A stretch of DNA of 64,000 bases, taken from contig JBBRLJ010000004.1 of NCBI GenBank assembly GCA_038231435.1, forward strand, positions 64,001 to 128,000, read 5' to 3'. Both the position numbers and the translations under genes were made by a program. Positions within the stretch are counted from its first letter, which is position 1, and each line of letters opens with the position of its first letter. Positions 56,314-64,000 of this stretch are shown piece by piece. The notes below the pieces were generated by a model. That model did no database searches and was not told the origin of the DNA. It worked only from the letters and a program-made list of their open reading frames with translations. The stretch comes from Planctomycetota bacterium (lineage in GTDB: Bacteria > Planctomycetota > UBA11346).

Positions 56314-57416
56314 TCATCGACTCCTTCATCAACCGGCACGTCGACCGGAGCGTCCAGCGGATGCTCCGCTGGCGCGCCCGAGGGAGCCGCCCGCCCGGGA
56401 GGTGGCGCCTTCACCACCTCGTCGAGCAGCACGGTGATGTACGCATCGGTGGGCAGTTCGCAGGTGATGAGCACGTCGTCGCCATCGAGGTCCACCAGCA
56501 CGCTGGTGGGCTGAACGCGGATGGCGCGCCGAGCGCCGCGCAGCTTGGCGATCTCGGCATCGGCGGCGCCAGCATCGACGAGCACCGCGCGCTCACGCTC
56601 GGCGGCCTCGCTCGCGCACGGCGGCATGCCGGAACCGTACAGCGGCCCGAGCGGCACCACCTCCCAGCTGTCCATGCGCTTCTGCACGTGGTCGCGGAAG
56701 GCGACCGGCGATACCTCGCCGAGACGATTGGCGACCAGCTCGCCCTCGAGGCAGGTGCCGAGCGCGCCGTCCTCGACGCGCTTAGCGAGGTACCGATCGA
56801 AGAGCGATTCCTGGAACGCGCGCAGGCAGCGGCCCTCGTCCACGCCGGTGGCCATGACCTGGCCAGGTAGGCGCCTGCCCTGGACGAGCATGCGCCCCCA
56901 CTTCACGAACGAGCCTTCCTTGCCGAAGCGCGACAACGGCACGAAGTTCGGCACGCCGCCGCGGCGCAGGCGATCCACCACCGCCTTGGCGCGATGGTAG
57001 CCGCCATCGAGATTCCCCCCACGCACACGCACGCGCCAGCGCAGGCGCGCCACCGTCTCCTCGGTGACCGGCTTGTGCGAGGCGGTGAGCTCGAGCACAC
57101 GCATCTTGCCTTGGGTCCCGGCGCGGCGCAGGGCGCCGGGGTTCTCGACCAGCGCGGCGGGCACGCTGAACCACTGCACGCTGATGCCCACGCGATCCCG
57201 GCTGCCCGCGCAGGAGATCAGGTCGACCGACACCGCGGCGGCCCGCGCCACCGCCGCGCGCGCTTGTTGGGTGCCGAGATCCTTCTTGGAGACCTTGAGC
57301 CACAGGTGCTCGCCGGTATCAGCCGGCTTCTTGGCGAGGACCTCCTCACAGGATCGATCGCCGGCATCGACGACGCCTCCGGTGCCAGGAAGATCCGAAG
57401 TTACCAGCGGGAGCAT
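56310..57416 (-). CDS. truD: tRNA pseudouridine(13) synthase TruD, divergent
   Basis: GEHLWL.V.K, AGSRDR...QWFS, GVPNF...RFG, AFQ..LF, GPLYG, GARR, ELP...Y.T.LL.E; start ATG 57416. Confidence 0.82.
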   Translation of the reverse strand: MLPLVTSDLPGTGGVVDAGDRSCEEVLAKKPADTGEHLWLKVSKKDLGTQQARAAVARAAAVSVDLISCAGSRDRVGISVQWFSVPAALVENPGALRRAGTQGKMRVLELTASHKPVTEETVARLRWRVRVRGGNLDGGYHRAKAVVDRLRRGGVPNFVPLSRFGKEGSFVKWGRMLVQGRRLPGQVMATGVDEGRCLRAFQESLFDRYLAKRVEDGALGTCLEGELVANRLGEVSPVAFRDHVQKRMDSWEVVPLGPLYGSGMPPCASEAAERERAVLVDAGAADAEIAKLRGARRAIRVQPTSVLVDLDGDDVLITCELPTDAYITVLLDEVVKAPPPGRAAPSGAPAEHPLDAPVDVPVDEGVDE

Positions 57417-57647
57417 GCGCGGAGCATGCGTGGCCAGGGGCGATGGGCCAGGGGCTAAGGCCGTATCCAGGCCCCTGCCTGGATCCTCGCATCCCCCGAA
57501 AGCGGTCCCGACCAGGCCCCGAGGCATCAACACCGGGATGGTCAGCAGGGTAGAAGATCATGCGGTGTCGGACCGCCCTGGCCGGAGGCTGGCCTCTGGC
57601 CGGTTGCGGCCTAGCCTGAAGGCAGATTTCGACACCGGAGCCCGTGC

Positions 57648-58850
57648 ATGCTGCGCATCGTGATGCTATCCTGCTCGCTTGGCGCCTTGATTGCCGCCGA
57701 TCCTACCCGGGTCGCCCCGGCGTCGGCGCCAGTGGCAGCCCCCTCGGTGGGCGTCCCCGGTGCCGACCCTCTCGGCGGACGCGACCTCATCATCCTCGAC
57801 AACAAGCAGAGCATCGTCGGCACCATCGCCGAGCATACACGCGACGACGGCTTCGTGGTCATCAACACCGGCTCCGGCACCATGCGCATCCGCAAGGAGC
57901 GCATCGCGACCATCGTGCTCGGGCTCGAGGGCCAGCTCAGGCACCTCGACACCAGCGACCTGCCGTCGCTCGTCGCCCTGGCCAAGTGGTGCCTCGCGCG
58001 CGGCCACGAGCAGGAAGCCCTCGCGGCACTCGACAGGGCCGTGACCATGCCGGGCGTCGACCTCGAGACGCGCGGTCTGCATGCCACGCTGGTCGACGGC
58101 AGTCCGCGCGGACCGAAGGCCGCGCTGCCCCTCTACCGGCGGTACAAGGCCGATGGTGGCAACGACGTCAAGATCCTCGCCCGCCTGCAAGAGCTCGAGG
58201 ACGCGCTCTCGGCGCACAACGACGAGCTCAAGAAGCTCGGCATGCCGCCGGAGTCGGTCCTGGCCGAGCAGCCGCTGGACACCACCCCGAAAGCGGAACC
58301 CGCCACGGCCAATTCCAGCGCCAAGCCAGCTGCGAGCGGGCTCGAGGCCAAGGGTTGGCAGGCCGAGGACGCCGCCTACTCCAATCCCGTCGACGCCAAG
58401 CTCGAGAGCCTCCCGCCCGAGGAAGGCGGTAGCAAAGTACTGTCGGTTGCCTCGGCGGCCGGCGGCAAGAAGGACAAGGCCGCGGTTCGGAAGCTGATGA
58501 CCTACGCGGTGGACGAGAACTCGGTGATGTCGATGTCGGTCCGCGATCGCAGCGAACATCCGGTCAAGATGGCACTCGCGATCAAGACCGTGAACACCGT
58601 GAACGGCAAGGAGGTGTGGAACTACTTCGAGAGCCCAGTGCAGAGCGTGGCGCCGAGCGACAGCTTCAAGGAGCTTCGCTTCGATCTCAAAGCCAACACC
58701 TTCAAGAGCGCCGCGACCGCCTGGGAGAATCGCGATTCGATCTCCAACCTCGATGCGATCCGCGAGATCCAGGTGCTGATCTACAACGGCGCCGAGGATG
58801 CGGTGGTGCAGATCAGGGGCATGGGGTTCGTGAAGAATACCGAACTCTAA
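57648..58850 (+). CDS. exported multidomain hypothetical protein (helical/TPR-like middle, carbohydrate-binding-like C-terminus)
   Basis: GGAG RBS, signal peptide, LAKWC..G...EA helix, C-terminal beta-rich YFES...LRFDL...W...I..IQVLIY segment. Confidence 0.75.
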   Translation: MLRIVMLSCSLGALIAADPTRVAPASAPVAAPSVGVPGADPLGGRDLIILDNKQSIVGTIAEHTRDDGFVVINTGSGTMRIRKERIATIVLGLEGQLRHLDTSDLPSLVALAKWCLARGHEQEALAALDRAVTMPGVDLETRGLHATLVDGSPRGPKAALPLYRRYKADGGNDVKILARLQELEDALSAHNDELKKLGMPPESVLAEQPLDTTPKAEPATANSSAKPAASGLEAKGWQAEDAAYSNPVDAKLESLPPEEGGSKVLSVASAAGGKKDKAAVRKLMTYAVDENSVMSMSVRDRSEHPVKMALAIKTVNTVNGKEVWNYFESPVQSVAPSDSFKELRFDLKANTFKSAATAWENRDSISNLDAIREIQVLIYNGAEDAVVQIRGMGFVKNTEL

Positions 58851-58898
58851 GTTGGGGGGCTGCGGCCCCCCAACATCGCGCTCCGCGCTGCCCCCAGG
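58851..58898 (+). repeat. REP-like double-hairpin element, copy C
   Basis: Starts immediately after TAA: GTTGGGGGGC-TGCG-GCCCCCCAAC ATC GCGC-TCC-GCGC TGCCCCCAGG. Confidence 0.85.
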
Positions 58899-59002
58899 AG
58901 GCAGGGAACAGAATGGTTTGGGAACGAGCCGGGGCGGCCGTTCATAATGCGCCGCGAGATTCTCTGTTCTGGGCCTCGTGGCGGTTCAATCCTGCCTTGG
59001 GG

Positions 59003-60088
59003 TCACTTCGGCTTCGGGGATTCGTGGATGGCGAAGACCAGGACGGTGAGGCGGGCGCCGGATTTGGGCTTGGCGATGGTGGTCGGCAGGGGCGTGGGGC
59101 CGGCGTTCTCTTCGATCATCAGGCGGGTGCCGTCGTGGTTCCAGGCGGGGTGGCGGCCTTCGGCGATCTCGACGCGGTGGGCGCCGTCGCGAGAGACCAG
59201 GGCGATCTTGCCGTCGCTGGTGGTGACGGCGACGACCGGCTGGATGGGATGCGGCGCGGGGTCGCGGGCGTCGTGGGCGATGATCACCGGGGCCTTGCCG
59301 CGGCCCGGGATCAGCACCACGTCGGTGCCGGCATCCCACCACGCGTGCTGTAGCTGCGGGTCGCCGCGCAGCACCGTCGCGGTGAGCGCGCCATCGCTGG
59401 TCCAGCGTGGTTGGACCGCGCCGGGGATCTGATCGATCTGACCGGGGCGCCAGCGGATCACCAGGTTCGAGCGCACCGGCTTGCCGGTCCAGAAATCCTC
59501 CTCGTATACCGGGGTCTCTTGCCACGCCATGCCCGGACCGGCGGCCTCGGGCTCGGCGAAGAAGCCGATGCCGAACTCCCTGGCGTCGCCGAGCTCGTCG
59601 ATGCCCACGATCTTGTCGCCGACCTGGGCGAAGACGTGCTTCTGGCCCACCCGGGGTCGATAGCCGAACTTCGCGAGCTGCTTCTGCAGCGGGTTCTTCC
59701 CGAGCGTCACCACCGTGAGCCCTTCCGGCGATGAGATCACCCGTCCGTCGGACAGCTTCTCGGCGTTCTTGCCCGGGCCGAACACCACCTGGTCTTCGTT
59801 GATCCACGCCGGGAAGCGGGTCTCGCGGTTCTCGTTCGAGGTGAATTTCTGCTGTGCGTGCGAACCGGTGTCCTCGGAGAGCACCAGGAACCCGCCCTGG
59901 GCGCGGGACACCACGCGATCGCTCACGGGACTCCACGCGGCCTCGGGTTCGCCCACCGGTACATCCCATCCGTATTGACGGATGGACTCGAAGGCCTCGG
60001 GCCCGGCGCTCGGCCGCTCGCTGCACGAGCTCGCGGCGAGAGCCAGCGCGACGACGGCGATGAGGCTGGAACGACGATGCATGGGCAC
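59003..60088 (-). CDS. lipoprotein with TolB-like (PD40) beta-propeller repeats
   Basis: Lipobox ASSC; AWSPV, PAWI, PRWTSDG, PAWNHDG repeats. Confidence 0.75.
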   Translation of the reverse strand: MPMHRRSSLIAVVALALAASSCSERPSAGPEAFESIRQYGWDVPVGEPEAAWSPVSDRVVSRAQGGFLVLSEDTGSHAQQKFTSNENRETRFPAWINEDQVVFGPGKNAEKLSDGRVISSPEGLTVVTLGKNPLQKQLAKFGYRPRVGQKHVFAQVGDKIVGIDELGDAREFGIGFFAEPEAAGPGMAWQETPVYEEDFWTGKPVRSNLVIRWRPGQIDQIPGAVQPRWTSDGALTATVLRGDPQLQHAWWDAGTDVVLIPGRGKAPVIIAHDARDPAPHPIQPVVAVTTSDGKIALVSRDGAHRVEIAEGRHPAWNHDGTRLMIEENAGPTPLPTTIAKPKSGARLTVLVFAIHESPKPK

Positions 60089-60192
60089 TCCGGATGACGA
60101 CGATTGGCGGGAGATGGATGGGACCAGAGGCGAGACGGGACGATGGCTGAACGAGGACAGGATAGGCGCCGCGCCAGGCGCACGACCCCTGG

Positions 60193-60894
60193 TCAGGGTG
60201 TGGCGGCGGCAGGCGTCTCAACGACCTCGACGCGGGTCGATCCGGTCTCATCGACCAGACGCTGGAACGCTCCCGCCTTGTCTGGGACCACGATGAAGTG
60301 CTTCCCGGCGATATCGACCTGGTCGCCCTGCCACGAACAGGACAGCGGCGCCGCCGAGGCAGGCCCGAAGAAGTCGACGACCCGCACCGAGGCTGGCACG
60401 GCCGCGGACCAGGAGATCGCGGTCAGGAGCGGCGCCAGATGGACGTCCCAGGCGTGCGCGCCGGGAATCTTGACGCCCTGGGCGATGATCTTGGCGGTCT
60501 CGCCCTCGCCTTCGACGATCTCGCGGCTCACCTGGTAGCCGGCAGGAGCGCCTGGGACCACCGAGGACAATCCGTCGCGACCATTCCAGGCGAGGATGCG
60601 CGCGTGCTCGTCGAGCAGGATGAAGGGGCAGTCGACCAGATGCGCTCCGCCGAGTGCCTCTGGTGTGGGCGGCGTGTACACCAGTTGCATCACCCGGTGA
60701 TTACCGAATTGCGCGTCCGGAGGCAGGATGCGCGCCCAGAACGGTTGTCCGTCGAGCGTGCCATGCAGCTCGATGCGCGGCCGGTCGGGCAGGGTCGGTA
60801 GCGCCGGTTCGGCTGCGGCCGAGGCCGAGGTCGCGCTGATCGCCAGCAGCGGGAACAGGATCAACATGCGCAGGTGGGCGGGAATCGGCAGCAT
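60193..60894 (-). CDS. exported hypothetical protein
   Basis: Signal peptide; tight coupling to upstream gene; host-like codon usage. Confidence 0.7.
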   Translation of the reverse strand: MLPIPAHLRMLILFPLLAISATSASAAAEPALPTLPDRPRIELHGTLDGQPFWARILPPDAQFGNHRVMQLVYTPPTPEALGGAHLVDCPFILLDEHARILAWNGRDGLSSVVPGAPAGYQVSREIVEGEGETAKIIAQGVKIPGAHAWDVHLAPLLTAISWSAAVPASVRVVDFFGPASAAPLSCSWQGDQVDIAGKHFIVVPDKAGAFQRLVDETGSTRVEVVETPAAATP

Positions 60895-60896
60895 GG

Positions 60897-61382
60897 CTAC
60901 ACCGTCTCCTTGAGCGGACGCGAAAACATCACGGTCAGCAATCCCGCAGCGACCATCGCCAAGCCGATCTCGTAGCGCCGCGACGGCGCGCCCGCCGCTT
61001 CGGAGACGATGAAGGCGGTACCCGGAGGATCCTCGGCCTCGAAGTAGACGATTCGGGCGCGGCGGAACCGCGGGTCGTCACCGAGCAGAGCGCGCCGCAT
61101 CGCGGCCGCGGTGGCCTTGTCGACGATCGGATCCTCGATCACGTGGTAGTGCCCATCGGCCTGGTTGGCGCCGAAGTAGGTCGTGCGCACGCCCTTGACG
61201 TCGAGCGTGAATTCAAACACCACGTGGAGGCGGATCCGGTCGGAGCCCAGTGGTTCCTCGAACACGTCCTTGATGTCGCCGGTCGCGTGCGAATAGCGCC
61301 AGTAGACGCTCGCCGACGGCAGCACCACCAGGGCCCCGGCCAAGGCCAGGAGGAATCCGAGCAGCGCCCTGACTCTTCTCAT
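60897..61382 (-). CDS. membrane protein with two terminal TM helices (DUF3592-like)
   Basis: N- and C-terminal TM, ATG.I, FEF, VYF..EDP pattern. Confidence 0.65.
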   Translation of the reverse strand: MRRVRALLGFLLALAGALVVLPSASVYWRYSHATGDIKDVFEEPLGSDRIRLHVVFEFTLDVKGVRTTYFGANQADGHYHVIEDPIVDKATAAAMRRALLGDDPRFRRARIVYFEAEDPPGTAFIVSEAAGAPSRRYEIGLAMVAAGLLTVMFSRPLKETV

Positions 61383-61400
61383 GGGAGGCTCATGGGAGGC

Positions 61401-62348
61401 TCACGTGCGGCTCGCCTCGGCGCCGCCGACCTGCGCGCGACCGGCGAGCACGCGGTTGCGCAGCGTCCCGAGCCCGGAGATCGCGCACTCGACCACGTCG
61501 CCCACCGCCAGGAAGCGCGGCGGGGTGCGCCAGCAACCCACGCCGGCCGGGGTGCCGGTGGAAATGATGTCGCCAGGTTCGAGCGTGATGTCGCGGCTGA
61601 TGTACGCGATCAGCTGGGCCACCGGATGGATGAGCTCGGCGGCGAACGCGTCCTGCAGGACTTGGCCGCCGATGGTGGTGGTCAGGCGCATCGTCGCGAC
61701 CTCGCCCGCCTGATCCGGCGTCACCAGCCATGGTCCACACGGGAAGAAGGTATCGCTGCTCTTGGCGCGGAACCACTGGCCATCGTCGTGCTGCCAGCGG
61801 CGCGCGGAGACGTCGTTGGCGACCATGTAGCCGGCGACCGCGTCCATGGCGTTGGCGGCGGTCGCCGCGCACACGCGCCGACCGATCACCACCGCGAGCT
61901 CGACCTCGTAGTCCGGCCGGCAATCGCCTTCGGGCAGCAGGATGTCGTCGGCGCAGCCCGCGAGCGTGTTGGGAGTCTTGGCGAAGAGCAGCGGCACTTC
62001 GGGCCAGGGCTTCTTCTGCTCCTCGGCATGCCCTTTGTAGTTCAAGCCGACGCAGATGATCTTGCGTGGATCGACGATCGGCGGGCCGAGCCGCAGTGAC
62101 GCCAGGGGCATGCCACCGGCGCCACCCGCGAGTCCAGGTGAGAGTCCCCGTGCGAGTCCCCGTGCGAGATAGGCGCGAACCGCGGCAGCCAGGCGTTCGA
62201 GGCCCCCCTGCTCATCGAGCAGCTGGCGCACGCTGTCGGGCGCGGCCGGGTCCAGATCGCGCACCGGCACGATGGCATCCGCTCCCTGGACATCGACGAC
62301 GACGCCCGCACGTTCACGGCCGCGCGGACCGAAACTCACCAAGCGCAT
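61401..62348 (-). CDS. fumarylacetoacetate hydrolase family protein
   Basis: KIICVGLNY..H, F.K, DYEVELAVVIG, NDVSAR, KSSDTF.P.GP, LEPGDII.TGTPAGVG; start ATG 62348. Confidence 0.95.
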   Translation of the reverse strand: MRLVSFGPRGRERAGVVVDVQGADAIVPVRDLDPAAPDSVRQLLDEQGGLERLAAAVRAYLARGLARGLSPGLAGGAGGMPLASLRLGPPIVDPRKIICVGLNYKGHAEEQKKPWPEVPLLFAKTPNTLAGCADDILLPEGDCRPDYEVELAVVIGRRVCAATAANAMDAVAGYMVANDVSARRWQHDDGQWFRAKSSDTFFPCGPWLVTPDQAGEVATMRLTTTIGGQVLQDAFAAELIHPVAQLIAYISRDITLEPGDIISTGTPAGVGCWRTPPRFLAVGDVVECAISGLGTLRNRVLAGRAQVGGAEASRT

Positions 62349-62478
62349 GACCGACCCGCTCCGCTGGACATCGTGGCGGAGTGTGGGCGCCCAGGCATCC
62401 GGTTCAATCCCGGCCGGGACGCCCAATCCCTCGTGGGAGTCACGCCAAGGCCGCCGGCCCAGGCCAGAGCCCGACGCC

Positions 62479-62961
62479 TCATGGACTGGTGTGCACGGGA
62501 GCGCGACGGCGCCAGCTGTCGACATCGAGCTCCTCGACCCGCAGTGACACCGTCACCACGTACGAGACTGGGGGATGCTCGGCGGTGGCGACCTCGCCAC
62601 GGCCGCCCCACGGCTCGCCGATCCTGGCTCCGGCGTGGGCGATCTCGCTCCACATCACCACGTAGTCCGCCGGCGCGTCAGCGGGCGGCTCACGGTACAG
62701 GTAGGTCCCGCCGCCCCGCACCAGGTTGGATCCGAAGCGCAGGTGCTGGTCCTTCATCAGCGAGAACAGCGAATCCGGCCAGGCCGCGTGCTGTTGCCGA
62801 TACGCGGTCAGCGCGTCGCTGAACTGGCGCAGGCGCCGTTGGCTTTCGAGGCGCTGCACCGCCGGTCGCGCGGCGGCCTCGCGGAATTCCCGATTCACCA
62901 GCAGCGTACCCAGGCCGAGCACTAGCAGCAGCGCGATGGTGAGCATGGATGCTTTGGACAT
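62479..62961 (-). CDS. N-terminally anchored protein with GspG/pilin-like helix
   Basis: TM then RLRQFSDALTAYRQQHAAWPDSL..L and YLY; no cleavage motif. Confidence 0.55.
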   Translation of the reverse strand: MSKASMLTIALLLVLGLGTLLVNREFREAAARPAVQRLESQRRLRQFSDALTAYRQQHAAWPDSLFSLMKDQHLRFGSNLVRGGGTYLYREPPADAPADYVVMWSEIAHAGARIGEPWGGRGEVATAEHPPVSYVVTVSLRVEELDVDSWRRRAPVHTSP

Positions 62962-63027
62962 GGGAGGATCCGAGACAGAGCGCCAACGATTCAGCGCCGT
63001 GCTGTGCTTCGATGTCTACTTCAACGT

Positions 63028-63774
63028 CTACTTGAGCCCGGTCTTCCCGGTCTCATCGCTCAGCGGGCAGCGCTCGAGGATGTCCTTGCCGAAGATCTCG
63101 CCGAATTCCAGGCGCAGGCGCAGCCCGGCTTGGACGTGTCCCGGCTGTGGATGATGCTGATGGTCGAGCAGGCATTTGCGATGCACGCCACCCCACAGGT
63201 CGGTCACGCCCTTGTCGGCCTTCACCAGACCGAGATTGCGCGTCCAGCCATGCTCGAGCATGCCGTGGCGCATGATCGCGAGCGTCCGCGGCTCGATCGA
63301 GACCTTGCGCCAATCGTGCTCGAGAGGGCGCTGGCAGACGAACCAGGTGAGCAGGCGGCCGATGTGCGCGTCGCTCAATCCGCCCCAGTAGGCGGTCTCG
63401 TTGTCGACCACCTCGACCCATGGCTGCTGGTGGCTCTCGGCCCATGCCGACAACGGACGGTCCGAGGGCGGCGGCTGCGAGGTCTTAGGAGCGGCGGCGA
63501 ACATCAACCGGCCGCTGGCGAGGCCCTCGGTCTTGACCACGCGGCGCTCCGAGAAGAGCTCGGGCAGGCCCACCCAGGTCGCCGAACCGGCGCGCACGCG
63601 CTCGAGCTGAGGCTGCGAGCCCTCGGCCAGCAGCCAGCCGCTGACGATGCCGATGTCCTCGAGGAAGCGCATGACCACGAAGGTGCTCATGTGCGAAACC
63701 CCGATCACCCGCGATCCGCTGCGCGCGTGCGCCGGATATCCGATGATCGACATGGACCAGTTCAGCAGGGCCAT
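63028..63774 (-). CDS. hypothetical protein
   Basis: 248-aa ORF with globular composition and a TAGAGT -10 box 7 nt before ATG. Confidence 0.7.
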   Translation of the reverse strand: MALLNWSMSIIGYPAHARSGSRVIGVSHMSTFVVMRFLEDIGIVSGWLLAEGSQPQLERVRAGSATWVGLPELFSERRVVKTEGLASGRLMFAAAPKTSQPPPSDRPLSAWAESHQQPWVEVVDNETAYWGGLSDAHIGRLLTWFVCQRPLEHDWRKVSIEPRTLAIMRHGMLEHGWTRNLGLVKADKGVTDLWGGVHRKCLLDHQHHPQPGHVQAGLRLRLEFGEIFGKDILERCPLSDETGKTGLK

Positions 63775-63781
63775 TTCCAGG

Positions 63782-63787
63782 ACTCTA
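63782..63787 (-). promoter_or_regulatory. putative -10 box (TAGAGT) of a leaderless transcript
   Basis: TAGAGT, 7 nt, then ATG 63774. Confidence 0.5.
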
Positions 63788-63882
63788 TGCGGCCCAGTTC
63801 ATATGAAAGAGCAGTAAACCGCCGCCCGGCGACGCGCGTGACGTCCCACGCGCACGCACACTGGCGGGGGTCGCCCCGCGGG

Positions 63883-63888
63883 TAGGAT
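63883..63888 (+). promoter_or_regulatory. putative -10 box (TAGGAT) of leaderless hemW
   Basis: TAGGAT, 6 nt, then GTG 63895. Confidence 0.55.
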
Positions 63889-63894
63889 GCGGCG

Positions 63895-64000
63895 GTGCAC
63901 CTGTATCTGCATGTCCCCTACTGCGCGGCGAAATGCCCCTATTGCGATTTCAACTCGATCGCTGGACGCGATGCCGAGCACGCAGCCTACGTCGAGGCGC
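63895..64000 (+). CDS. hemW: radical SAM heme chaperone HemW (HemN-like), 5' part
   Basis: Manual translation MHLYLHVPYCAAKCPYCDFNS: CxxxCxxC with YxHxPxC...YCDFN signature; truncated by window end. Confidence 0.88.
   Translation, partial: MHLYLHVPYCAAKCPYCDFNSIAGRDAEHAAYVEA

Noticed and set aside
62127..62170. Short in-frame 12-bp duplications (ARGL x2 in FAH; also PQPS x3 near 49365 and LGRx x3 near 36870)
   Set aside because: Ordinary slippage in linkers, with no shared sequence between them

Overview
High-GC (roughly 70% by eye) bacterial chromosomal window; gene content and synteny (rplS-yraN-PilC/GspF-like genes, a giant Ser/Thr kinase with a DWG motif and FGE domain, long AtpB) suggest a Planctomycetota-like lineage (inference). 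It is mostly housekeeping and envelope genes: pseudopilin/GspF-like genes, yraN, rplS, lgt, a kinase/beta-barrel/FecR operon, a low-GC Vgb-like beta-propeller gene, a complete F1Fo ATP synthase operon, transglutaminase-like protein, rnhA, tgt, two SpoIID/LytB proteins, CE7 esterase, rnz, a six-gene TonB2/3-like (Ttp) cluster, a heterodimeric ABC exporter, panE, a glycosyltransferase/thioredoxin/flavin-FeS cluster of the TIGR04282/TIGR04283 type, clpP, fmt, a divergent truD and the start of hemW. I found no rRNA, tRNA, CRISPR array or transposase. The most striking unexplained structure is non-coding. (1) Eight gene junctions carry degenerate 7-bp-periodic arrays (GAAGAYN)n, mostly as inverted pairs around unique spacers; some overlap gene 3' ends and supply stop codons. 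(2) Gene ends running into several of these arrays show a strand-specific loss of C at synonymous sites, like a local mutational halo. (3) A second, REP-like double-hairpin element occurs three times at gene 3' ends with compensatory base changes. (4) At least eight genes have a TANNNT -10 box 6-7 nt before the start codon, which points to pervasive leaderless transcription.
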